DNA of 64,000 bases, from NCBI GenBank assembly GCA_951406725.2, contig OX597816.1, positions 154,318,001 through 154,382,000 of the forward strand, read 5' to 3'. The notes beneath the pieces are model-generated. The model ran no database searches. It was not told the DNA's origin and worked only from the letters and a program-made list of their open reading frames with translations. The first letter of the stretch is position 1. The number at the start of each line of letters is the position of its first letter. This DNA is from Octopus vulgaris. Taxonomy: Eukaryota. The translations under genes and the position numbers were made by a program. Shown here one piece after another: positions 27,331 to 38,800 of this stretch.

Positions 27331-30300
27331 ACTGAAACATCCTTATGCTAAATATATATTCAAGGCAATAGGTAAGATGAAAAAGAAGAAATTGAAAACT
27401 TTGTAAAAAATGATACAAAGACAGAGAAAGCCCACGATCCATTGGGAGTTACAACATTGGGATTTAAAAGTCTTGCTGTAAGCTGACAAAGGACAGTTTA
27501 CAATCACACTATGTTACATTATTGCTACATTTGCTGAATGAATGAAATGATATTGCAAGGTTCTCTGGTGTGGAGTAGGAAGATGATGCTGATTGTCAGT
27601 CAAAAATCCCTTGATTCTATAGTGAGGAGGTTGAGCTTAAACTTCAAGACCTCAGTTGACATATACTGTATTGTTATGGTTTGACAGGAAGCTTCCATTC
27701 CATGAAATGAGTAAAGCTCATAGGGGAACAACTTATAAGGTTAAGAGGTTCTTGAGATGCATAACCAAAGGATTCACTGCTGTTAAGTGTAGTCTTGGAA
27801 AACTTGAATGAATCATAGATACTTGATTCATAAGAAAATAAGCCAGCATAACATTAACTGGAGTTCTTGAGGTCAAGTTAGCCAATATGTATGCAAGTTT
27901 TCAGTAGATCTGACTTCGGATGCCATATTTTTAGTGGACACTGAGAAGGAAGAGAGATTCAAGTGATTAAGGAGATGACTAGTACATCTTTTTCCATTAA
28001 CTCATTTAGAGGGCACGATATATTGTAGTACATCTGAAAGATTGGGACAGGCTTCTGTGGAGATTGGAAAGTTTAGCAAAGATAGGAACTACTTTTTGAG
28101 CATACTTTGAGGTTGATAGCAGGAATACTGTCTGAGTTTGATGCTTGAATTAAAGGCTAGTGGGCAGCAAATCTGGAGCAATTTTGGTTCAAATGGTGAA
28201 TTAGATAATTTTGAAATGTTGGCTTCATTTACAGGGATCAGAAAGTTCTGCCACAATTTGTGAGGCAGCATAAATTGTAGAAAAGCAAAATCTGGTGTTA
28301 TAAAAATAACTGTTCAAAAAATAATTGCAGTTACCAAATATCAAGATTTTAACTCAGATGTGTATCAAACCAGTGATTCTGTTTACATCTAATTTTCTCT
28401 GAGATAATTGTCTTATCCCTCCATATTTTATTCTGTACTCTAAATATCTTATAGTGCTTGCAGCTTTAACAGAATTTCTTTTACCTTTAGTTTCAATAGT
28501 ATTGTTTTTATTGTTTAGCCTCTTGATCAATGGTCAATGGTGTTCCACCCATGATGATTTCATCTGTGACCATAAAACTGCTGAACAAGCAACTACAATT
28601 TTATATGTCTTCTGCTTTAGACATGGGAAAGTTTGCCTCTGATAACAATATCAACAGGAGTTTCAGTTCTAGTAGGATCACTCAAGTTGGTAACACCCAG
28701 GTTAAGAAACTCAATAAAATTGTAAAACATAAAGAGAGAGTTACAATTGTTACATTTAGCAATAAGTATATTGAGTCAAAATCAGCTGTTTGGGGCTACA
28801 GGCTTATGAGGTCAGAGCTTATCTAGATGTTTAAAGCATAGAGGCTGATAGTTCATGACTATACCTGAATGGGATGCCAGTTCATCACAGTATTAATCCC
28901 AGGTGCCACTACTACTCACTTTCAACTGAATGCCAGCAGATGACATGAAATGAAGTGCTTTAACCAACGGTACAATGTACCATTTGGAGTATGAAAGAAA
29001 CTTGCAATCTAATGATTGTGAGCCCATCACCCTAACCACTAGGTGATGGACCTTCACAGTTCTAGAGTGGGCAGAGAACAGACCTACTTCACCCCCATGT
29101 TTAAAAATAGGGTCTTAGAGCAAGCTACAACTCAATCATTGAAATAGAATGAATTTTGCATTAGCATTCAGTACAAGATTCAACTATATACAAATGAAGA
29201 ATGGAAATGCTGACTTATATTTGAAAACTAGTTTTGTTGTGGTGAGCAACACTACAATAACATCAATCAAGTAGTTTAGTTTTTCTTAATCTATCTACTG
29301 TAGGCTAGTACATCACTTCACTTATTTCACTGTATGAAAGTAAGACTAATAACTTTATTTCACTTGATGTACCAAATGTTGGTATTACTGTACAACATGG
29401 ATCCCAACAATTTACTTTCATTATTGAATATTTTAAATCTTTAAATATACTTTGATGTGTTAGTTGTCTATTTCCACCAATACTAATAAATGTGAATTTC
29501 TGTGTGTTCACATGGTTTCCTGGTTTATACACTTAGCCCCTGAGATGTATCTCAATGAACAGGACATATTTGGGATCAGAGTAACTCAAGGAGATTTTTA
29601 CCTATTTTACTTTGGTGCATCCACCTGTCATACAAATTAGTACCACCTTACAACACCTTTAGTTCTTACAACCACCAAAATGTGAATTATGTAGAGTAAC
29701 AATGGAAGTAGAAGTATAGAGAACGAAAAAGCTGAATATTCTTTGGAGAAATGTTTAACCTATCAAGAAAATTGATGACAAGCAGTGAGAGCAACCAACA
29801 TCTTTGGAACTCCTTTAACTTTTATAAATGCTTATGCAGTAAAGTACTCTTCATGTTGATTTAAGATGAAATGCCTTTGAATAATAATGTTATTGATCGC
29901 GGGCATGGCTGTGTGGTTAGGGAGCTTGCTTCCTAGCTACATGGTTTCGGGTTCAGTCCCACTGCGTGGCACTTTGGGTAGGTGTCTTCCACTATAGCCC
30001 CGAGCCGACCGGAGCTTTGTGATTGAATTCGGTAGGTGGAAGTTACTGCCGTGTGTGTATGTGTGCGTATAGCTGCTCAGTGCCTCTCCGAAAGAGACAG
30101 AGGGAAACACATAGAACTTGAAGTAATAGTCAGTTTTTTCATATTGAATCCATTCTCCAAGAAGAAAAACTTTTATATGATGAGCCAACATAATTTTGTT
30201 TTCAAATGGTGTTTAAAAGTCAAATTAGAATTTGTGAAATGAGTTATAAAAATTGTGCTTATCAATATCAAGATAGAAAGCTGGCAAGACAAGATTGGAA

Positions 30301-30549
30301 GTGAGGAGAAGTGATATCTTGAAAAAAGTCAAAAGCCGGAATAGCAAAAATTTGTGGATCCCTGTGAAACAGTGAGAAAAGATCCAGTAAAGTTTTGACA
30401 TGATTGGGTGAAGTTTTAGACGAGACAAATCATGAAAAATTTGCAGGATCAGAAGATCAGGTCAAGTTTTGACAAGACAAATTTCTACACAATAAATTTC
30501 ATATGCAAATAAAAAAAATATTGATGAAATCTCATGTTTCCTTTTTTTA

Positions 30550-31073
30550 AAGTTCTAGTAAGTAGGAAGGCAAACTCATCACACACACCCTTAGGTAGGT
30601 GGCCATGCTCGATCTGTAGAAACTCTATAAGATGTACCCAGTGTAAGCTATGGACACATAAGAGGTGCAGCAACATCAAAGGAAAATTAACCAAGAAGAT
30701 AGCTTTCATGTGCAGTAGATGCACAGGGGCAATAAACACCATAGATACTCAGAAAACAGATTCCATCACACTCCAGGGGGGAGAAACAAGAAGTAGTTGA
30801 TAGCTTCCGCTACCTAGGGGACCAAGTTAGTAGTGGGGGTGGATGCTGAGAGAGTGTTACCACTAGAATAAGAATAGTCTGGGCAAAGTTTAGAAAGCTT
30901 CTTCCCCTACTGGTGACAAAGGGTCTCTCGCTCAGAGTGGAAGGTAGATTGTACGATGCATGTGTGCAAACCGCCATGCTTCACGGCAGTGAAACATGGG
31001 CCATGACTGTGGAGGACAAGCGTAGGCTCGTAAGAAATGAAGCTAGCATGATCTGCTGGATGTGTAATGTCAG
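30550..31073 (+). mobile_element. RTE-clade LINE fragment
   Basis: ORFs 30534-30800 (WPCSIC...CTQCKLWTHKRCS) and 30913-31104 (GRLYDACVQTAMLHGSETW). Confidence 0.88.
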
Positions 31074-33079
31074 AAAGAAGCACAGCTCTTCATTTATTTA
31101 TTGATTTATTTTAATTTATGGTTTGCTCTGATTGATAAGACTGTGCCCATGATTATCAACAGCATCTTAGAAACTGGTAAGGTTAATATTTCTCTGAGAG
31201 TTAATGGCTGCAGAGAAAAGACAAGCTGAGAAGAAAGGACTGGGTGTAGTGCTTAATGTAAAGGCTGGGGTGGAGATGAAAGGAGGAAAGACAAGTTAAT
31301 AGTGCTGAAATGAATGTGGTACAAGATGCCAAGCACAAAAGAATAAAGCTCACTGTCGTCATCATCATTTTATATCTGCTTTCCATGCCAGTATGTGTTG
31401 GTTGGTTTGACAGGATTCAATGGATTAGAGGACTATGTCTTGCCCTAATGTTCCAGTTTTGGCATCATTTGTATGGCTTTACCTTCTTCTTAACACCAAT
31501 CACTTTACAGAATTTACTTGACTTTTTTTTTTGTGGTGCCAGCAGTTAATGAGGTTACCTTGTAACTCAAGACTGAAGTGCTCTAATGACGGAGATGAAG
31601 GGAAAAAGATAAAGTATGATGGAGAAGCAAGAACAGGTTTAATGTCTGTGGAGAAGATTCATGGCTACCTTGTATTTTACATAGGTGGATGAGAGAGGCT
31701 TAAGTGTTACTCAGACAAGTCCAAGAGATGTAGTATAGAAGACAGTTGAAGGCAGAAAAATCAAGTTGGGTGGTGAGTAAGGTTGTAAGAGTGTGGGAGG
31801 AGTTTAAGCTAACATAAACATGGGAAAAAGTAGGTCAGATATATATAAAAGATGAATGTAATGACTATTGAACAAAGGTGGGTACATAAAGACAAAGAAT
31901 GAATAGTAGCTGGCAGAGAAGAGGGAGCCTAGCAATACAGAAATTGAGATATGAGATGGTACATAGTAACAGGTTCTGCTTTCATTTCTTACAGTAGCAG
32001 AATAACATAGTAGAGAGGAGAGTGATGGAGGGATGGATAATAAGATGATGAGGATGGGATTAAATGTTGCAAAATAGTAAGAATATGAGATGAATACTAA
32101 CGAGTCGGGGAACTGATGGTAAGAATGAAGTGTAGGTATGTATAAGAAGTGCTGGGGCTAGAGACTGCAAGTTAGGGGATGCCAACGGGAGTGGGGTTGT
32201 TGAAACATAGTGGACAACACGTCTGTGGACTATAAGCTGAAATGTGTTGGTGAGTGATTTCAATACCAATCAGTCAGGTATGTTTTTTTGTAGAGTGGTG
32301 GGATGTACTGCATTGGGGATTCACCCAAGCTTTGTAATGGATTTGTAATTGTTACTGGTTCTGAGGTGGAATTCTAGTTGTTAAAACAGTTTTTGTTATG
32401 CTGAAGATGTGCATTTACCAGGAGAGATCCTCAGTGATTATGAGACTCATTAATTTGTAATGACCTTGAGGGTCCTAGTTGTGCGCTGTTCATGTTTAGG
32501 AGAGATTGATACAATATTGCGAAATGGAGTATGAGCTGTCAAAGTTGCATATAAAAGCTCAAGTAATTATAGAGGAATGGAAAATGGTATAATTTACACT
32601 GGAGTGGTATTTGTTGGTGATGATGGGGAAACATGTTGTTGATGTACAAATGTAAAAGTATTGAAGTGAAGTCAAATTGTAGGGTAAACCAAACATTTTT
32701 TGTGATATTTTTGCTGCTGTTTAATAAACAAATATATATATATATATATATTCATTAATGTAACTCAGATAACTTACATAGGTTCCAGCCAATATAGGGC
32801 CCAGGCCATAGCCAACTTAATAAGACCACCTGGTGGTGCTATTATATATTTACAGATATGTGTGTGTCTGTTTGTCCGTCACCAACGCTTGACAATCGGT
32901 GTTGGTATGTTTAAGTCCCATAACTTAGCGGTTCAGCAAAACAGAACGATAGAATAAGTACTAGGCTTAAAATAAGTTCTGGGGGGGCCATTTGTTCGAC
33001 TAGAACCCTTCAAGGTGGTGCCCCAGCATGATCGCAATTAAAAGACTGAAACAAGTAAAAGAGAAAAGAGAATTAGATG

Positions 33080-33525
33080 GATTTCTGTTTAAGGCATGGG
33101 ATATAAACCCCTCATAATTTTTTTCATTTTTTTGAATTTTCAGGAAATTTTTGCGAATTTGTATTTCACACACAGAAATTCAATAGATTATGCAAAATGC
33201 AAAAAAAAAAAAAAAAAAAAAAAAAATGCTGCATCATTTAAGAGCTATTTAGCTGTTATTTTTAGCAAATCTCATGACCCATTCTCTCCTCGTCTGTTTG
33301 TCAGTCTGACGTATTCATGTTTTTCGATATCTTTCTTCCCTTAAACACATTTAATGGTCTGTTTCTTGGATTTAAGCTCTAAAGTCGTATTTTTAACTAT
33401 AATTTAAAAAAGAAAAATTTTGTAAGATAAATTTTTTTCCATAGTTTTGTGAATTCTCGTGTAGAGAATTCGCAAAAATTTTATGAAAATTCCAAATAAC
33501 AAAAAAGTTGAAGGGTTATGGGCAC
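33080..33525. mobile_element. Old MITE-like element upstream of RPLP0
   Basis: 33100-33190 is an imperfect reverse complement of 33450-33520 and of window positions 20-125. Confidence 0.55.
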
Positions 33526-33712
33526 ATTGAATAATTTCCGACTCCTTAGAAATTAACTTTAACAAGACTTTAATGTCTCAAATAAAATGACTTTATTATC
33601 TTGAATTAGTATTTTCAAACGATTTAATTAATATATTACCTACTTCCCAAGATGGGAGTTAGCTCCTCTTATTTTCAATATTTTGTCGGTAGATGGCAGT
33701 ATAGCGCAAGAC

Positions 33713-33791
33713 TATATAAAACGTACTCCACCCGTCATCCGCCTCTTAGTTGCCATACTGTTTTAACAGGCGGCATATTATACATTCTCAG
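33713..33791 (+). promoter_or_regulatory. RPLP0: RPLP0 core promoter (TATA plus TCT/TOP initiator) and non-coding exon 1
   Basis: TATATAAAA at 33713-33721 and a pyrimidine initiator CCTCTT at 33742-33747, about 30 nt downstream. Donor CAG|GTGAGA at 33791/33792. This is the usual layout of ribosomal protein genes. Confidence 0.75.
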
Positions 33792-34112
33792 GTGAGAGTA
33801 TTTTTTATTTTTTAAGTCATTCCATCTAAAATTTCTGTCAAAGAAGTGCAATTTGTTTCATCATTAGGTTTTAATTGAAAAATAGTCGATGATTTAATCA
33901 TTGTTTAGCGGATGATATTAGATTATGATTACACGAGGTCAGCCTAAGCATGGGATGCTTATACTTAGCGAAAGTTCTCCAAATTTTTAATACTTTATCA
34001 GTCTTTCCAAATTCTCTCCTATCTATCTATCTTTCATCTATCTCTATCTATCTATATATATATATATAAATAAATTAAAGCTTTTAGAATTAGCTTCGTT
34101 GGCTAAAATGGC

Positions 34113-34348
34113 TACGACGTGATTTACAAGATCATTGCTGATATAGTCTTGTAAAGTGGCAAACGGGAGCTGACTTTACTGTACTCTTCGGAGTATAGTT
34201 GTTTTGTGCAGTGAAATCCCATTCCACCATGTCGAACATAAATACTTGTCCCCTGGTTGCCAGCTGAGGACTTGAACAGGGTATATTCCAAAACTTCTCG
34301 TAGTCTCTGTGACTATTACCGGGGAGTGAGACCATACTCGGTACAGTT
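34113..34348 (+). ncRNA. SNORA73: U17/SNORA73/snR30 H/ACA snoRNA, copy A (RPLP0 intron 1)
   Basis: 5' stem cgacgtg/catgtcg, H box ACATAA at 34236, m1 ATATTCC at 34283, m2 AGACCAT at 34329, ACA at 34343-34345. AAGTGGC and TCCCATTCCAC blocks match recalled vertebrate U17. Confidence 0.88.
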
Positions 34349-34945
34349 CCATTATAATAATACTTTCTTTGGTAGAAAGCCTACAGGATTCTCTGGGATA
34401 TATTTTTTTCATCAATACTTGTTAATAGTCCATTTCATCTGCTGTTATTGTAATTTGATAAATTGGATCGTTCTAAGAACCAAAAAGATATTTAAAAAAT
34501 CGAGTATAAAGATTACTAGTATATTCTCTTAAAAGTAGATTAAAATTAAACAATGCAATGACTAGGTGAAAGTGTGATGGATTTCAGGCCATGTGCGTTA
34601 TGGCGGGTGCCTGCTTACGTGTGTCATTTCGTCGGAAATTTTTTTTCGAACCATATGCTATTTCTTTGAAGGCTAATTATCTTTCAGCGTATACACTAGA
34701 TATGTAGAAAAAGTTTCTGTACACTTAAGATTAATTTTGCTTTATACCATGTGAATGAACTCCTAAGAGTAAAATATACTCTTCTCCCAGTCAACCATTC
34801 CCTTGTATTAAGTACGGAGAATAAAACGCATGTAGTATATGTATCTGTTCATGATTGCCGTTATCTATTTACGCTTCGATATCATTAAAGTTGCAAAGGT
34901 GCGGGTTAAATTTAGTATAATAGTTTAATGTATGCGTTTAACTTA

Positions 34946-35183
34946 ACCGACGTGATTTATGAGATCATTGCTAAAATATCTTGTAAGTGGCAAACGGGAG
35001 CTGACTTTACTGTACTCTTTGAGTACAGTTGTTTCGTGCAGTGAAATCCCATTCCACCATGTCGGAAATAAATCTTGTCCCCTGGCTGATAAAGTCAGGT
35101 GAGGACTTGAACAAAGTATATTCCATAACTTCTCATAGTCTCTTTGACTATTACTGGGGAGTGAGACCATACTCGGTACAGTC
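34946..35183 (+). ncRNA. SNORA73: U17/SNORA73/snR30 H/ACA snoRNA, copy B (RPLP0 intron 1)
   Basis: ccgacgtg...ccaccatgtcggAAATAA (H box), m1 ATATTCCATA, m2 AGACCAT, ACA at 35178-35180. Confidence 0.9.
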
Positions 35184-35813
35184 TTATCAAGTGTTGTCGG
35201 TTTAAGACTGTATAGCGAGTAATTTGAATTCGAATACTGTACCACGTTCTTTCACAAGAGATCATACTTCGTCAACGATTTTCTACGCTTCTTTTAATCT
35301 TGAAGTTGTACATAACGAAGGAATTTCTAGTGATGGAGTGGGAGAAAAATGAGTCGTTTAGGATGCAAATAGCTGCTATTCGAACAACTGCATTGTACTG
35401 TTCGAGAGTTCATTTAAATGGCCTCAATTTTTTGGCGGGTTTTCAGAATATCCCTTCACATAAGTTGAAATTTCTCGGGATGCAAATTCTTGAAAAAAAT
35501 TCAATCTGAAGTGGAACAGCTATCTCAATAGTTTAAATTTTTTTATTTCCGGAAAACAGTTTGCGCTAAGTATAGTGTTTTTTATGCCTTCGGAAGGTGT
35601 ATATATCTGATCATTTGCCGAAGAAAAGGAACAGCATTGTAAGAAGTTAAGGTTTTAGTATAGTTCTGGGGCTACATTAGCCCCAAAGTATATTAAGCAC
35701 AACTTAAATTCTTTTTCCGTTTAAGGCTTCTTTTTTTTTATTACAACAATGGTTTAAAAAATTTTTTCAGATTTATCTTTAAATTGCTGTGGTGCAGTCC
35801 CTGATCCACCGAG

Positions 35814-35867
35814 ATGGTCAAGGAAGATAAATCAACCTGGAAAGCCAACTATTTCATCAAGATCATT
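35814..35867 (+). CDS. RPLP0: RPLP0 coding exon (exon 2, acceptor at 35770)
   Basis: [18 protein letters not shown] followed by gtaagt. Confidence 0.95.
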
Positions 35868-38800
35868 GTAAGTACAATTGTTTAATGTAAGCGTTTAACT
35901 TAACCGACGTGTTTTATGAGATCATTGCTAAAATATCTTGTAAGTGGCAAACGGGAGCTGACTTTACTGTACTCTTTGAGTACAGTTGTTTCGTGCAGTG
36001 AAATCCCATTCCACCATGTCGGAAATAAATCTTGTCCCCTGACTGATAAAGTCGGGTGAGGACTTGAACAAAGTATATTCCATAACTTCTCATAGTCTCT
36101 TTGACTATTACTGGGGAGTTAGACCATACTCGGTACAGTCTTATCAAGTGTTGTCGGTTTAAGACTGTATAGAGATCAGTATTTTAAAGTGTCTTCATTT
36201 TCTTTCAGCAATTGCTTAATGAATATCCCAAATGCTTCATCGTCAATGCAGACAATGTTGGCTCCAGGCAGATGCAGACCATCCGTATGTCACTCAGGGG
36301 CCATGCAGGTGAGAAAATTTTAAATAGTTTAATTTGTTTTTTCGTTCGCGTCTCAACCACATGCTTTGGGTTCAATTTCATGGGTTGCAACATGGGTAAA
36401 GTTGAAAGTTGTGTGCGTGTGTTGTGTACTATGACTTCGCGTGATAGTCGGTGTCACAAATAATTGTCATTCGTTTCCAATCTTTCATCGAAACTCATCT
36501 TCTTGGTCAGGGACAAATATCTTGTTTGGAAACGCGTGTGGTTTGGTGACTAGAAGAATGTTAATTGTCAGAGAATTTTATTCAATCTAGAAGGAAAAAT
36601 GAACGTTAAATTGGATATAAATTTTGAGGTGTGATGATGAAGTAACTGCTATTAAGTGTTCAGCTTTTGGCACTAGTAACCGAAAGGTTGAACCCACTAG
36701 TGTTTGCTGGGCGCTATGACAAAATGTAGCCAAGAATGGCTGTCTGAACACCCTATTCTTAATACTAAGAACTTCAGCATGCTTTTGATATTACTATACT
36801 AATTTGAAGAAAATTACTATACTAATTTTCTTTTCATCACATTCAGTTGTCCTCATGGGTAAAAACACAATGATGAGGAAGGCCATAAGAGGTCATTTGG
36901 AGCACAATGCAGCCCTTGAAAGGTAAGTTCGAGATTTTTTCCACTAAAATGCATATTGCCAGTTTCGATTTCGATGTTGCTTGGGTTATTCTTGATCAGA
37001 AGCAATCTTGAACTGGTATAATAATCCGGTCACTTTTTTGCCTTGTAGTTCTTTGATACTGGACACTACAACTTCCCCTTAAGTGATACAATTTTTAATT
37101 CTAAAATGTTCACCTTGTGTTCTATAAGGACGTGTCAATTAAATAATGGTATCTTTGATCATGCAGAAAATAAAGATTTACTTGCAACTATTGCATGAAG
37201 TTTTAAATGCAGATGCTGCTAAATTTGCAACCAGTGTGGGTTCAGACCGTCATTTTTTTTCTATTATAGCCTTGGACCACTCAAAACCTTGAGACTGGAA
37301 AGACTAGTCATGGTGTTTCATGCCTGTAAATGTCACTTATGCTAGCAGTGACCATTTCCAATCTCTTGTGAAAATTCATCTTAGCTATGGGGAAATAAGT
37401 GAAGGCTGGTGAATGGCAGGATGGCTGTAGAAGATCCATCTGTAATTCTGTTCTACCCATTCCTCAATGGGAAGGTGGTCTTGCTCATCCCCCACCTAAC
37501 AACCAATAAAATGCTGGATATAAGTACTGAAGTCAATTTTGTTAAAATCAAAATCGTAATCTATAAACATCAATAGAATTTGTAGCTCTGATACCAGTGC
37601 CGGTGGCATGTAAGAGGACCATCCGAACGTGGCCGTAGCCAGCCTCGTCTGGCACCACCTGTGCCGGTGGCACGTAAAAAGCACCCACTACACTCACGGA
37701 GTGGTTGGCGTTAGGAAGGGCATCCAGCTGTAGAAACATTGCCAGATCAGACTGGGTCTTGTGCAGCCTTCTGGCTTCCCAGACCCCAGTTGAACCGTCC
37801 AACCCACGCCAGCATGGAAAGCGGATGTTAAACGATGATAACTCCTGTGTTGCCCTAGCATGGCTGGAATATGAAATGAGTAAAAGATTTGCTTGATTAT
37901 ACAGTGTTGGTTGTAATGTGTTAAAATTTAGGTTATTAAACAAATACTTGTCTGTTGTAGGTTGCTACCACACATTAAGAACAATGTTGGTTTTGTGTTC
38001 ACCAAGAATGACTTGGCTGATATCAGGGATAGATTGCTGAATAACAAAGTAAGTTGATTTTCATTCCATCTAAACAGTGAAACTTTATTTTGATTGATTC
38101 TCATTCCCCTACTGATAAATTCATATTTATTTATAGGTAAAAGCTCCAGCTCGTGCTGGTGCTGTTGCTCCCTGTGATGTGTTGATACCTGCTCAAAATA
38201 CAGCTCTTGGTCCTGAAAAGACTTCTTTCTTCCAAGCTTTGTCTATCCCAACAAAAATCTCCAGGGGTACTATTGAAATCTTGAATGATGTCCGTTTGAT
38301 AAAGGAAGCTGATAAAGTTGGAGCTTCTGAGGCTACATTGCTAAACATGTTAAACATCTCACCATTTTCATATGGTTTAGTTATTGAGCAAGGTAGGTTG
38401 CGTATAATTTATTTTGCAGCCCTCAAGAATGATGAAAAAAAGAATGACTTTCGCTCTACTGAAAACTATGTAGATTCTTTATCACTGACTTAAGGGCTTT
38501 ATTTATTTAGTGTCTTGTCTGATTTATTAATTTTTTTGTTTATTCTTATACTAGTGTTTTTATTCTTATACGGTTAATATAAAGCGTTACGCCTTTCAGA
38601 AAATCAAAAAAAAGTGTGTAATAGGTGTAAAACAACTTCCTATGAACGAATATGAAAAAAAAAATGCCCGCACGCGAAAGGGGTGGGGGAGAGGACACGG
38701 AAAATTCACATCGGGAAGTTCCGAAAGCGTCTGAGGGGCCTCCCCGGGCACCAAAAAAAAATAGTGTAATATGTGTAAAACAACTTGCTCTAAACGAATA

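Noticed and set aside
36727-36743. Loose complementarity to 18S helix 34 (GGCCGUUCUUAGUU), suggesting an acetylation or methylation guide
   Set aside because: It needs several G-U pairs and a mismatch. The segment is better explained as the U22 3' hairpin.
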